28,069 bases of DNA from Saprospiraceae bacterium (GTDB lineage: Bacteria > Bacteroidota > Bacteroidia > Chitinophagales > Saprospiraceae). A model generated the notes under the pieces. It was not told the DNA's origin, did no database searches, and saw only the letters and a list, made by a program, of their open reading frames with translations. Shown here piece after piece: positions 17,766 to 27,474 of this stretch; position 1 is the stretch's first letter, and every line of letters begins with the position of its first letter. The position numbers and the translations under genes were made by a program. The DNA lies in NCBI GenBank assembly GCA_020629615.1, contig JAHDCZ010000036.1:1-28069 (forward strand). The letters are read 5' to 3'.

Positions 17766-18596
17766 ATGAAGATTAGATTTGGTTTTTCTCCTTGCCCCAA
17801 TGATACCTATCTTTTTGAAGCTATTTATTCTAAAAGAATTGATTTGGAAGGAATTGATTTTGAATTTGTGATTGAAGATGTTGAAGCATTAAATAAAAGA
17901 GCTATGCGGGGTCAACTTGAGATGACCAAATTGAGTTTTAATGCCTTTACGCATTGTACTGACGAGTATATTCTCTTGAGAAGTGGAAGTGCCTTGGGAA
18001 ACAACTGTGGACCATTATTAATCACAAATAAGGAGATGACGATTGCAGAAAGTCCCGATGCCACGGTTGCAATTCCTGGAGAACTGACCACGGCAAACCT
18101 TCTATTAAGTCTAGCATTCCCACATCTCACTCTAAAAAAGGAAGTTCTTTTTTCTGAAATTGAAAGTTCGGTACTAGAAGAAAAAACGAATTTGGGCTTA
18201 ATCATCCATGAAAACCGATTTACGTATAAGGAGAAGGGCTTAAAAAAGGTAATAGATTTAGGAGAATACTGGGAAACAACCACCGGAATGCCAATTCCAC
18301 TTGGTGGAATCGTAATTCAAAGAGATCTTGGAAATGAAATTCATCAAAAAGTGAATCGAATTTTGATGCGAAGTTTAAAGTTTGCCAGAGAGAATTCGAC
18401 AGAAAACAGTGAATTTGTTCAACAAAATGCGCAGGAAATGGATAAAAATGTTCTTTTGCAACATATTAATCTTTACGTTAATCAATATTCTCTGGACTTA
18501 GGAGAAACAGGAAAAGAGGCCATAAACAAGCTTTTTGATCTTTTAATCCAAAAAAAGATAATTTCTAGCTATAAAACACCAATTTTTATTGACTGA
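17766..18596 (+). CDS. mqnD: Menaquinone (futalosine pathway) MqnA/MqnD-family protein, probably 1,4-dihydroxy-6-naphthoate synthase
   Basis: N-terminal MKIRFGFSPCPNDTYLFEAI matches the SPCPNDT hallmark of the PF02621 family as recalled. Periplasmic-binding-protein-like length (277 aa). Start set at the ATG at 17766. Confidence 0.5.
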   Translation: MKIRFGFSPCPNDTYLFEAIYSKRIDLEGIDFEFVIEDVEALNKRAMRGQLEMTKLSFNAFTHCTDEYILLRSGSALGNNCGPLLITNKEMTIAESPDATVAIPGELTTANLLLSLAFPHLTLKKEVLFSEIESSVLEEKTNLGLIIHENRFTYKEKGLKKVIDLGEYWETTTGMPIPLGGIVIQRDLGNEIHQKVNRILMRSLKFARENSTENSEFVQQNAQEMDKNVLLQHINLYVNQYSLDLGETGKEAINKLFDLLIQKKIISSYKTPIFID

Positions 18597-18626
18597 AATG
18601 AGACTTATAAAAGTCCTCATTTTTAA
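18597..18626 (+). terminator. Intrinsic terminator of the mqn gene
   Basis: aatgagact / agtcctcatt stem (one bulge) followed by ttttt immediately after the stop at 18596. Confidence 0.5.
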
Positions 18627-18724
18627 TATTTTACACATTAAATAATTTTAATACATGTATTTTGCTAAAATAAAGTGATTTATATATTACAATAATTAAT
18701 AATATGTATTATATTTGTATTGTG

Positions 18725-18790
18725 TAAGTTTTGGTTATTAAATTGTAAAATTCGTTTATGCTCGCAAGAAGTTGCGAGCATTTTTTTTTG
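18725..18790 (+). ncRNA. Candidate small RNA unit 1: conserved 21-nt box plus an intrinsic terminator
   Basis: A TAtaTTTG -7 box at 18710-18717 predicts a start near 18725. The box aAGTTTTGGTTATTAAATTG lies at 18726-18745. Hairpin gctcgcaa-gaag-ttgcgagc followed by T9. Confidence 0.35.
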
Positions 18791-18851
18791 GTATTTATTA
18801 CATGGTAGAATTATACATGTTTGGCACGCTATTTGAATACTATAGGGCATA

Positions 18852-18908
18852 TGAGTTTTGGTTATTAAATTGAGTATGCCCGTGATTCGTCTCACGGGCT
18901 TTTTTTTT
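18852..18908 (+). ncRNA. Candidate small RNA unit 2: the same 21-nt box plus a different intrinsic terminator
   Basis: The box gAGTTTTGGTTATTAAATTG at 18853-18872 is 20/20 identical to unit 1 over AGTTTTGGTTATTAAATTG. Hairpin gcccgtga-ttcg-tcacgggc followed by T8. The stem sequence is unrelated to unit 1, but the architecture is the same. Confidence 0.35.
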
Positions 18909-18978
18909 GTCTTTTACTCTCTTTTTGAATTAGTTTGCCAGGCCAAAACTTTTCTACTAATAGTATAAGATATTTTAA

Positions 18979-18986
18979 TAGATTTG
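18979..18986 (+). promoter_or_regulatory. Candidate -7 box (tagatttg) for alanine dehydrogenase
   Basis: TAnnTTTG match 37 nt upstream of the ATG at 19024, downstream of both tandem terminators. Confidence 0.4.
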
Positions 18987-19023
18987 CTTAGACATTTTTC
19001 TAACCAAACACAATACTATTAAA

Positions 19024-20139
19024 ATGATCATTGGAGTTCCAAAAGAAATAAAGAATAATGAAAACAGAGTGGCCCTAACCCCTGCTGGAGCATTAGAATT
19101 AGTTAAAAGAGATCATACCGTTTATGTTCAGAGTACGGCGGGTGACGGATCAGGTTTTTCGGATGATGATTATATCAATGCGGGAGCAAAAATTCTTCCT
19201 ACAATCGAAGATACTTATGCCATTGCAGAGATGATAATCAAGGTCAAAGAACCTATTGAAAGAGAATACAACTTGATTAAAGAAGATCAGTTGTTATTCA
19301 CATATTTTCATTTTGCATCTTATGAGCCACTAACAGAAGCAATGATTAAAAGTAAATCGGTTTGTTTAGCGTATGAAACCGTTGAACTGCCTAATCGTTC
19401 TTTACCTCTTTTGGTGCCAATGTCTGAAGTTGCGGGTAGAATGGCTACACAAGAAGGCGCAAAATATTTGGAAAAACCTCTAAAAGGAAGAGGAATCCTA
19501 TTAGGCGGTGTTCCCGGAGTACCACCAGCAAAAGTATTAGTCTTAGGAGGTGGAATCGTTGGTACCCAAGCGGCCAAGATGGCGGCAGGTCTTGGTGCTC
19601 AAGTTACCATTTTAGACATTAGTCTAGATCGCTTACGTCATTTGGCTGATATAATGCCAGCAAATGTCAATACGATGTATTCTAATGAATACAATATTCG
19701 TCAATTGGTTCAAGACCATGAATTAATCATCGGAGCTGTTTTAATACCAGGAGCGAAAGCACCGAATTTGGTGACCAGAGACATGCTAAAAACGATGAAA
19801 TCAGGAACAGTGTTGGTTGATGTGGCTGTAGACCAAGGTGGCTGTATTGAAACGTGTAAACCAACAACGCATGCAGATCCGGTATTTGTCATTGATGATG
19901 TCGTTCACTATTGTGTAGCGAATATGCCCGGTGCTGTGCCTTACACTTCAACTATTGCTTTAACTAATGCCACATTACCTTATGCTATTCAACTCGCTAA
20001 CAAAGGATGGAAGCAAGCATGCAAAGACGATAATGCCCTTAAACTGGGGCTAAATGTTGTGAATGGCAAAGTAGTTTATGAAGGAGTTTCTAAAGCGTTC
20101 AATTTGGAATACACAGAAGTAGATTCAGTACTAAATTAG
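19024..20139 (+). CDS. ald: Alanine dehydrogenase
   Basis: MIIGVPKEIKNNENRVALTPAG N-terminus. NAD-binding VLVLGGGIVG. 371 aa, AlaDH/PNT family. Confidence 0.9.
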   Translation: MIIGVPKEIKNNENRVALTPAGALELVKRDHTVYVQSTAGDGSGFSDDDYINAGAKILPTIEDTYAIAEMIIKVKEPIEREYNLIKEDQLLFTYFHFASYEPLTEAMIKSKSVCLAYETVELPNRSLPLLVPMSEVAGRMATQEGAKYLEKPLKGRGILLGGVPGVPPAKVLVLGGGIVGTQAAKMAAGLGAQVTILDISLDRLRHLADIMPANVNTMYSNEYNIRQLVQDHELIIGAVLIPGAKAPNLVTRDMLKTMKSGTVLVDVAVDQGGCIETCKPTTHADPVFVIDDVVHYCVANMPGAVPYTSTIALTNATLPYAIQLANKGWKQACKDDNALKLGLNVVNGKVVYEGVSKAFNLEYTEVDSVLN

Positions 20140-20287
20140 CCATGTCTTTATTTGGCGCAAGGGGTCAACATGAACTTTTACTATTGCTTTTGTAGTTTTT
20201 TACAAAATAATATTTCTATTTATTTGGAATTAGGAAGATTTGTTTTAAATTTCGAGAGAATCTCTTCATAACTAAATAAACTGACGA

Positions 20288-20548
20288 ATGAATATTACTT
20301 TCGCTGAACTTCGCAAAATTAAGCATCAGCTTCCTACAGGTGGTGTAAAAGCAATTGCTCAAGAATTAAATTTAGACGAACAAACGGTAAGAAATTATTT
20401 TGGTGCCAAAAAGTATGATGACGGAGAAATAGTTGGAAAACATGTCCAACCAGGACCACATGGTGGTTATGTTAATATTGAAAATCCAGAAATCATTGCT
20501 ACAGCCAAAAAGCTCATAGCTAAATCAAAAGAGGCTATGTTCAATTAA
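20288..20548 (+). CDS. Small hypothetical protein with a helix-turn-helix-like segment
   Basis: 86 aa. VKAIAQELNLDEQTVRNYF looks like a helix-turn-helix. Clean terminator follows. No family recognised. Confidence 0.45.
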   Translation: MNITFAELRKIKHQLPTGGVKAIAQELNLDEQTVRNYFGAKKYDDGEIVGKHVQPGPHGGYVNIENPEIIATAKKLIAKSKEAMFN

Positions 20549-20552
20549 CTCG

Positions 20553-20590
20553 AAAAAGGGGGGAAATCATCATTGACTTCCCCCTTTTTT
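20553..20590. terminator. Bidirectional intrinsic terminator (G6/C5 stem) between the small ORF and the flotillin gene
   Basis: aaaaagggggg ... ttccccc followed by tttttt. A-run before the stem and T-run after it. Confidence 0.8.
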
Positions 20591-20609
20591 ATCTAACTAT
20601 TTTTAATAG

Positions 20610-22004
20610 TTATTCATCTGTCTTTTTCTCAACTTTTTCGTTCTCTTCTTTAACTAATGCTTCTGGTAGACTTAGGCCATTTTGCTTTAAGTAATCATTA
20701 AGTTGAGGAAACATACTATACAAACCCTGTATAAAATTTCCAACTCCCTGACCAGAACCGTTATCATAAACAACTACTTTATCGATATCCAAGTCTTTAA
20801 TAGCATTGGTCTGTATTTGTGTCAATTCTGCTAACTTGTCAATCATTAGATATCCAATTGCGCTTTGAGGATCTCCGTTGGCCGCTTGAACTAATTTATC
20901 AAATCCCTCGGCTTGTTTTTTCAGAAGCTCCTCTGTTCCTTTTGCTTGTGCCAACAATTTAGCAAGTACGGCATCGGCATCCCCCTTTGCCAGCTCTCGG
21001 TTTCTTTCTGCCTCAGCTTGGGCATCAATAACAACTTTTCTCTTTTCGATTTCTGCCTTTACAATTTCATCGGCAACTTTTTTAGCTTTTTCCATTTCCG
21101 CTCTTGCCAACTCGGCAGCCTTTTCTGCGCTATATGCTTCTTCCAAAGCTTTTGCATTGGCCACTTTTTTAGCAGCTGTTGCTTTTCTCTCTGCTTCCGC
21201 GACCTCTATATCTTTTATTGCATTTGAATTGGCAATCGAGATTGCTGCAGTATTCTTTCCTTTAATGGCCTCAGCTGCCGCTTCTGCCTCTCCTATTTCG
21301 GCCTTACTATTCGCAACAGAAACTTTAATTCTTTGCTCCTGACCTGCTTCTGCTTCACCGATAGATCCAGTTTTGACCTCATTAGCCACTTTAACTTTAG
21401 CATCATTAATCGCTTTGGCAGCAGCTTCTTGACCTAGGGCCTTGATATAACCGGACTCATCTTGGATATCTGTAACGTTGACGTTAATCAATTCCAAACC
21501 AATTTTATTTAATTCGTCTCCAACATTCCGGTATACCGACTCAACAAATTTGTCCCGATCAGTATTTAATTCTTCAATATCCATATTGGCGATTACCAAT
21601 CTCATTTGCCCCATAATAATATCATGGGCTAAGGAATTTATGGATTGTCGATCTAGATTTAATAACCTTTCGGCAGCAGCCAACATCAAAACGGGCTTAT
21701 TACTTATTCCAACTGTAAATTGAGCTGGCACTGAAACCCGAATATTTTGTTTTGACAAGGCATCTTGCAAATTCACATCTATCGACAATGGAGTTAAATC
21801 CAAGTACTGATAATCCTGAATAACTGGCCATACAAAAGCCGCTCCACCGGCGTAGCATTGCGCAGAAGATTCACCACTTGTTTTACCATAAACGACTAAG
21901 ATCTTATTACTTGGACAGCGTTTGAATCTACTGATTAAAAAAAGTATAACCAGAATTGAAATCACAACTACAAAGGCTATTAAGCCTAAAAAACTCATAT
22001 TCAT
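20610..22004 (-). CDS. Flotillin-like SPFH/band-7 domain protein (YqiK-type)
   Basis: N-terminal transmembrane helix. SPFH domain. Long Ala/Glu/Lys-rich coiled-coil with AEAE-type flotillin repeats (EAEAGQEQRIKVSVANSKAEIGEAEAAAEA). Confidence 0.85.
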   Translation of the reverse strand: MNMSFLGLIAFVVVISILVILFLISRFKRCPSNKILVVYGKTSGESSAQCYAGGAAFVWPVIQDYQYLDLTPLSIDVNLQDALSKQNIRVSVPAQFTVGISNKPVLMLAAAERLLNLDRQSINSLAHDIIMGQMRLVIANMDIEELNTDRDKFVESVYRNVGDELNKIGLELINVNVTDIQDESGYIKALGQEAAAKAINDAKVKVANEVKTGSIGEAEAGQEQRIKVSVANSKAEIGEAEAAAEAIKGKNTAAISIANSNAIKDIEVAEAERKATAAKKVANAKALEEAYSAEKAAELARAEMEKAKKVADEIVKAEIEKRKVVIDAQAEAERNRELAKGDADAVLAKLLAQAKGTEELLKKQAEGFDKLVQAANGDPQSAIGYLMIDKLAELTQIQTNAIKDLDIDKVVVYDNGSGQGVGNFIQGLYSMFPQLNDYLKQNGLSLPEALVKEENEKVEKKTDE

Positions 22005-22032
22005 AATTTGTTCTTTTGATGTTTAGAATTTG

Positions 22033-22608
22033 TTATTTAATTGGATTTACAAGCGCAAACCCATTGTCAATGTCTTCAATGATAACTTTGGCTCCTGTTG
22101 CAATGTCCTTACCATACTTACTCCTAGCCTTTAATTCACGATAGACGCCATTGATTTCTACCTTAATAATCCCTTCTCCCTTTTTAGGAATTTTTAAATA
22201 CACTTCTGCATTTTTATACATAGCATCCATTGGTTTCCAATTAACATTTGATTCCTGCTTTAGTAATATTTTGAACAAGAAACTCAAAAAAAACACAGCT
22301 ACGAAACCAGAAATAATTCCGATGGTAAATGCCAAGGCTGGATTATCACTTGTGGCCAATATCAATCGCACCACCCAAGCTCCAACCGAGAAAAAAGTCA
22401 ATACAGATTTCACGATGCCTAATCCCCCACCGCCATCAGTTTCTAATTCTGTTCCACCTAGATCAAAGTCTAATTCCAACCCACCTAATAGAGATAACAA
22501 AAGAAGCAACACCAGTAAGCCTCCAGTTATTAAAGAAATATATGTTAACAAATCAATCATAGCATCGAAGTTTAGTTCCAGTATAATAATAACTGAAATT
22601 TCTGACAA
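22033..22608 (-). CDS. NfeD/YqiJ-like membrane protein, partner of flotillin
   Basis: Multiple transmembrane segments. C-terminal OB-fold-like GEGIIKVEINGVYRELKARS...GAKVIIEDIDNGFALVNPI. Located immediately upstream of the flotillin gene, as in the yqiJ-yqiK pairing. TTG start. Confidence 0.7.
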   Translation of the reverse strand: MSEISVIIILELNFDAMIDLLTYISLITGGLLVLLLLLSLLGGLELDFDLGGTELETDGGGGLGIVKSVLTFFSVGAWVVRLILATSDNPALAFTIGIISGFVAVFFLSFLFKILLKQESNVNWKPMDAMYKNAEVYLKIPKKGEGIIKVEINGVYRELKARSKYGKDIATGAKVIIEDIDNGFALVNPIK

Positions 22609-22719
22609 CTCAGTTCCTAAATATTAATTCCTTCGTCTACCATAAAATAACTTTGGTCGAATTGCAAGATTAAGCTGCGTCACTCTTTTTGCTACCATTT
22701 TTTAACTTGTAGAGGAAAC

Positions 22720-22858
22720 ATAGTAATCATGTAGTGTAATCGTAGGGTATTGCCTATTGATCGACAATTGATTTTGCCTCATCTTTGTTAAGAATTGTAA
22801 AAATTCTCAGGGTGTTAAAAAATAAGCCACATGTTTAATCAACATGTGGTTTTTTTTT
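22720..22858 (+). ncRNA. Repeated intergenic element copy A (candidate small RNA with internal hairpin plus terminator)
   Basis: Segments aligning to copy B: TAGTAatCATGTAGTgTaatCGTAG, ...ACAATTG.TTTT.C.TCATCTTT.TGTTAAG, hairpin AGAATT-gtaaa-AATTCT, GGTGTTAAAA, terminator ccacatgtt/aacatgtgg followed by T9. Confidence 0.35.
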
Positions 22859-22952
22859 GCATCAAAGAAAACTCCTCTTATCAAAAATCGAAAGACCCAA
22901 TTTTAAATTTATCCCGATCAAATCACTATACTATAAAGCAATATTTGATTTA

Positions 22953-23117
22953 AGTAGAGCTTATGTAGTATCAGCGTAGCTAGGTTGTATGTTTAAAGAC
23001 TTGTAGCAAACAATTTTTTCTCTCATCTTTATGTTAAGAATATTGAATTATTCTCAATTATTATACTAAGGTGTTAAAAGAAAAAAAACCGCATTAAAAG
23101 TATTGCGGTTTTTTTTA
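22953..23117 (+). ncRNA. Repeated intergenic element copy B (candidate small RNA). Its terminator also serves trpA on the opposite strand
   Basis: Same segment order as copy A with compensatory changes: hairpin AGAATA-ttgaat-TATTCT, GGTGTTAAAA, terminator accgca/tgcggt followed by T8 and preceded by A8 (bidirectional). Confidence 0.35.
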
Positions 23118-23888
23118 TGTCCTTATTTTTTCGACGAAAGTCGCAATGTCTTTATGATAATCGTTGCTTTTTTGCAGCATTCTTATAAAGGCACTTCCTA
23201 CAATAGCTCCATCACAATACTTCACAGCTGCCTCAAATGTCGTTTTATCGTGAATTCCAAAACCAACCAATTTAGGAATCTCTGTTTCAATCCTTTGGAC
23301 TGCTTTTAAATAATCCATTGTGCTTAAAGAAAACCCACCTTTCCCACCAGTTGTAGCTGAACTAGAGACCACATATAAGAAATTATTACTCAATTCTAAC
23401 GCAGACTGAATTCGCTTATTGGAAGTTTCAGGTGTTATTAAAAAACTAATCCCCATATCATACTTACGAAAAAGATCTTGATAATCACGTTGGTAAATAT
23501 CCATGGGCAAATCTGGAATAATCAAACCATCAATATGTGAGTCTTTGGCATCCTTTATAAACTGCTCTTCGCCAAACTGTATCATTTGATTTAAATAGCC
23601 CATGGCAATGAGCGGAGGCAATCGATCAGAATCTGCCATTTTCAAAATTGCAAATAATCGCTCGACGCTCATCCCATTTTTCAAAGCCATTTCACTGGAT
23701 TGCTGAATCGTTAAACCATCGGCAAGTGGATCTGAAAATGGAATACCCAGTTCTACCAAATCGACCTCCTGTTCATTAAGTGCATATAAAATGTCCAAAG
23801 TGTTATCAATATTTGGATATCCAGCAGTCAAGTAAATATTCAATAATTTTTTTGAACGCTTTCGAAGTACCTTTTGCAACTTATTCAT
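23115..23888 (-). CDS. trpA: Tryptophan synthase alpha subunit
   Basis: TrpA motifs [14 protein letters not shown] and [13 protein letters not shown]. 257 aa. Start overlaps the trpB stop. Confidence 0.9.
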   Translation of the reverse strand: MNKLQKVLRKRSKKLLNIYLTAGYPNIDNTLDILYALNEQEVDLVELGIPFSDPLADGLTIQQSSEMALKNGMSVERLFAILKMADSDRLPPLIAMGYLNQMIQFGEEQFIKDAKDSHIDGLIIPDLPMDIYQRDYQDLFRKYDMGISFLITPETSNKRIQSALELSNNFLYVVSSSATTGGKGGFSLSTMDYLKAVQRIETEIPKLVGFGIHDKTTFEAAVKYCDGAIVGSAFIRMLQKSNDYHKDIATFVEKIRT

Positions 23889-25065
23889 ACTGAATATTAT
23901 TTAAATATGTATTAATGTCCTTGTCTCCCCTGCCAGAAACGTTGAGTACAACAGTATCTCCTGAATCGAACTTTCTTTTCTCTAACATTGCAAAAGCATG
24001 TGCTGTTTCTAAAGCAGGAATGATGCCCTCTAAACGCGTTAAATTTATAGCTGCTTTGATGGCCTCTTGATCAGTACAAGCAAAAACCTCTGCACGTCCA
24101 CTTGTTATTAAATGTGCATGCATGGGTCCTATGCCGGGGTAATCAAGTCCAGCTGAAATTGAATATGGCTCGATAATCTGACCATCCGACGTTTGCATTA
24201 AAAGCGTCTTACTTCCATGAATTATTCCTATAGAGCCCAAAACACTGGTTGCCGCAGAATAATCAGTTTCAACTCCTTTGCCTGCTGCTTCGACTAAGAT
24301 TAGTCCAACATTTTTATCCTCCAAAAAATGATAAAAAGCTCCCGCCGCATTACTCCCACCACCTACACAGGCAATAACATAATCTGGATTTTCACTTCCC
24401 GTTTGTTGCAGAAGTTGAGTCTTAATTTCCTTACTAATGACAGACTGAAACTGAGCAACCATATCGGGATATGGATGTGGCCCCACTGCGGACCCAATAA
24501 TATAATGCGTGTCTTTTGGATTAGAAATCCAATCTCTTATCGCCTCATTAGTAGCATCCTTTAAAGTTCTACTTCCACTCGTTACAGGAATAACTTCAGC
24601 TCCCAACATCCTCATGCGACCTACATTAAGTGCCTGTCGAATAGTGTCTTTTTCTCCCATATAAACAATACACTTCATATCCATCAAGGCACATACAGTG
24701 GCTGTGGCAACGCCATGTTGACCTGCCCCCGTCTCTGCAATAATCCTTGTTTTATTCAATCGTTTTGCCAACAAAATCTGACCAATGGTATTATTAATTT
24801 TGTGTGCTCCAGTATGCAGGAGATCCTCTCGCTTTAGGTATATTTTTGTCTGATATTTTTGAGATAATCTCTTTGCAAAATAAAGCGGTGAAGGACGTCC
24901 TACATAATCTTTTAGAAGTGCATTAAATTGACTTAAGAAATTTTTCTCTTTTAACAATTCACGATAATTCACTCGAATTTCTTCAATATTGGCGTATAGC
25001 ATTTCAGGCACAAAGGCACCTCCAAATTGGCCGTAAAATCCTTTATCATCGACATTATAACTCAT
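23881..25065 (-). CDS. trpB: Tryptophan synthase beta subunit
   Basis: PLP-binding region [11 protein letters not shown], plus GGGSNAAG and [13 protein letters not shown]. 394 aa. Confidence 0.95.
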   Translation of the reverse strand: MSYNVDDKGFYGQFGGAFVPEMLYANIEEIRVNYRELLKEKNFLSQFNALLKDYVGRPSPLYFAKRLSQKYQTKIYLKREDLLHTGAHKINNTIGQILLAKRLNKTRIIAETGAGQHGVATATVCALMDMKCIVYMGEKDTIRQALNVGRMRMLGAEVIPVTSGSRTLKDATNEAIRDWISNPKDTHYIIGSAVGPHPYPDMVAQFQSVISKEIKTQLLQQTGSENPDYVIACVGGGSNAAGAFYHFLEDKNVGLILVEAAGKGVETDYSAATSVLGSIGIIHGSKTLLMQTSDGQIIEPYSISAGLDYPGIGPMHAHLITSGRAEVFACTDQEAIKAAINLTRLEGIIPALETAHAFAMLEKRKFDSGDTVVLNVSGRGDKDINTYLNNIQYE

Positions 25066-25067
25066 AT

Positions 25068-25685
25068 TCAGACCTTAATTTCGTTTACAAAATTCTTTAT
25101 CAATTTGGGATCTTTAATACCCGCTTGAGTTTCAAATCCACTATTTACATCAAGCCCCACGAGCATAGGATGATCTATTTTTTTAAGGGATTTTACATCG
25201 CTTGGACCCAATCCACCACTTAAAATGAATGGCACGGATGTTTTATACATATTTAATTTATCCCAATGAAACTTCTTTCCAGACCCTCCAAATGAATTTA
25301 CTTTGGTATCAAATAGAAAATAATCACAAAAAGAAAAATCTTTGGTTGACTCCATTTCAAAATCATCATCCACTCGAAAAACTTTAATCACAGGTAGGAA
25401 GCTTTGAATCGAGCGACAATCGGCAATTGATTCGTCCCCGTGCAATTGCGCAAAATCCAATTCAAATAAGTCCCGCTTTTGTTTAATATTCTCTATATTT
25501 TCTCTTACAAATACACCGACTCTTTTAATTTCATTTACTCTAGGAAAGACATTCTTTTCTACATATCGAGCTGATTTTTTATAAAAATTAAAACCAACCA
25601 TATCTATCGGATACTTACAAATCTCTAAGTAATTTATTGAACTAGTCAACCCACAAACTTTGATATGTAACTTATTTTGAATCAT
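25068..25685 (-). CDS. trpF: Phosphoribosylanthranilate isomerase
   Basis: IKVCGLTS N-terminus. [11 protein letters not shown]. 205 aa. Positioned between trpC and trpB. Confidence 0.85.
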   Translation of the reverse strand: MIQNKLHIKVCGLTSSINYLEICKYPIDMVGFNFYKKSARYVEKNVFPRVNEIKRVGVFVRENIENIKQKRDLFELDFAQLHGDESIADCRSIQSFLPVIKVFRVDDDFEMESTKDFSFCDYFLFDTKVNSFGGSGKKFHWDKLNMYKTSVPFILSGGLGPSDVKSLKKIDHPMLVGLDVNSGFETQAGIKDPKLIKNFVNEIKV

Positions 25686-26473
25686 AATAATTGATTCACT
25701 GCTTTTGTGAAGTGAGAAAATTCTCGTCCTGGGTCCGAAGATTTCATGAATCGCTCACCGATTAAAAAACCATCATACCCAAGCTTCATTAATTGTGCGA
25801 CATCTTCCGCTTTCTTTAAACCACTTTCTGAAATCTTAATCACGTCTTTCGGCAGATACTTTATCAATTCTTTCGACAATGCACAATCAACCTTAAAGGT
25901 CTTTAAGTTTCTGTTATTCACTCCTACTGCAGAGATGTGTTGGTTATAGAATTTAAGTTCTTCTTTATCATGTATTTCGAGCAAGACATCCATATGCAGT
26001 TCTTTTGCCTTGACGGCGAATGAATATACTTGTTCTTTGGTTAATATTGCTGCAATTAATAGCACAACAGATGCACCCAAAGTTTTTGATTCATACAATT
26101 GATATTCATCAATTATAAAATCTTTTCTAAGTAGTGGTTTAGCAGTATAGAATCCTGCCTCAATAATATCTTGATGTCCTCCTCCAAAATATTTATGATC
26201 GGTTAAAACGCTTATCCCCCAGGCATCATTCAAATCATATCCTTCTATCACTTCTTTGATATCGATATCCAAATTTATAGCTGATACAGAAGGAGATTTT
26301 CGTTTAAATTCTGCAATAATTGATAAATCAGTCTTAGCCAATTTGGTATCTATTAATCTTTTTCGATTATGTAAAAACAGCGGTTTTGATTGCAGATCAT
26401 CTATCGATTGTTCTGCCTTTTTCAGATTTACTTCTTTTATCTTATGTTTTGCTATTTCGTGTAAAATACTCAT
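25682..26473 (-). CDS. trpC: Indole-3-glycerol phosphate synthase
   Basis: IIAEFKRKSPS and VLTDHKYFGG motifs. 263 aa. Confidence 0.9.
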   Translation of the reverse strand: MSILHEIAKHKIKEVNLKKAEQSIDDLQSKPLFLHNRKRLIDTKLAKTDLSIIAEFKRKSPSVSAINLDIDIKEVIEGYDLNDAWGISVLTDHKYFGGGHQDIIEAGFYTAKPLLRKDFIIDEYQLYESKTLGASVVLLIAAILTKEQVYSFAVKAKELHMDVLLEIHDKEELKFYNQHISAVGVNNRNLKTFKVDCALSKELIKYLPKDVIKISESGLKKAEDVAQLMKLGYDGFLIGERFMKSSDPGREFSHFTKAVNQLL

Positions 26474-27474
26474 GAATATTTTTGACTTAATTCGATACTT
26501 GATTGTAAACTTTTAAAGGCACTTAAAGAACGAATAGATTCTTCCGCTTCCAACATACAGCTTTGCATATCGGCTTCTGACTTAAATAATTTTATACCTG
26601 TCGCTGCGTTGGCCATTACAACATCTTCCTGGGCTTTCGTCCCTTTATTCTGCAAAACATTTAGAAATATTTGAGATGCTGAATTTACTGTCTCTCCACC
26701 AAATATATCTGCCGGATTATATTTTGGCTTAGAATAATAATCAGGGGAAACCAACAATTCTTCATCCTTACAGATGACTTTTACGGCACCAGTCAATGAG
26801 ATTTCATCATAACCATCAATGGCATGAAGAATCGCATATCTGGTCTCGGCATCTTCCATTAAATATTTATACATTCTAGCCAATTGTAAATTGAACACTC
26901 CCACCATTTGATGTGTTGGACGAGCTGGATTCACCAATGGTCCCAACATATTGAAAAAGGTTTTAACTCCCAATTGTCGTCGAATTGGACCAACGGATTT
27001 CATTGCTGGATGGAATAAAGGGGCATGCAAAAAACAAATATTACACTCATCAAGCTGTCGAATCAAACCATCTACATGATTGTGAAACTTCAATCCTAAA
27101 TGCTCCAGGACATTAGAAGATCCACACAAAGAAGAAACACCATAATTTCCATGTTTGGTTACTTGATATCCTGCTCCTGCGATAACGAAAGCGGACAAGG
27201 TAGAAATATTAAATGTATTCTTTCCGTCACCTCCGGTACCACAAACATCAATCGTTTCTCGATCTTGTACATCAACATCAATACATAGATCCAATAAGGC
27301 TTCGCGAAAGCCTTTTAATTCTTCCACTGAAATACTTCGCATTAAATACACACTGATAAACGCAGCCACTTGAGCTTCATTATAGGCACCTTCGGCTATG
27401 TTAACCAGTACTTCCTTGGCTTGTTCAGCACTCAGCTTTTGATGGTCAAACAATTGATTCAATATCTTTTTCAT
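26470..27474 (-). CDS. trpD: Anthranilate phosphoribosyltransferase
   Basis: DVCGTGGDGKNTFNIST. Glycine-rich loop. Start set at the ATG at 27474; the ORF-track start at 27477 is a GTG one codon upstream. Confidence 0.9.
   Translation of the reverse strand: MKKILNQLFDHQKLSAEQAKEVLVNIAEGAYNEAQVAAFISVYLMRSISVEELKGFREALLDLCIDVDVQDRETIDVCGTGGDGKNTFNISTLSAFVIAGAGYQVTKHGNYGVSSLCGSSNVLEHLGLKFHNHVDGLIRQLDECNICFLHAPLFHPAMKSVGPIRRQLGVKTFFNMLGPLVNPARPTHQMVGVFNLQLARMYKYLMEDAETRYAILHAIDGYDEISLTGAVKVICKDEELLVSPDYYSKPKYNPADIFGGETVNSASQIFLNVLQNKGTKAQEDVVMANAATGIKLFKSEADMQSCMLEAEESIRSLSAFKSLQSSIELSQKYS

Noticed and set aside
18680-18895. 71-aa minus-strand ORF spanning the tandem box/terminator units
   Set aside because: Runs through two intrinsic terminator hairpins and AT-rich promoter-like DNA, and its composition is low complexity. 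More parsimoniously non-coding.
20913-21342. Two plus-strand ORFs (104 and 61 aa) rich in F/C/S and A
   Set aside because: Antisense to the Ala/Glu/Lys-rich coiled-coil of flotillin. Low-complexity mirror ORFs produced by the repetitive GCN/GAA codons.
22151-22627. 158-aa and 77-aa plus-strand ORFs
   Set aside because: Antisense to the nfeD-like gene, which has a recognisable OB-fold and transmembrane architecture. No features of their own.
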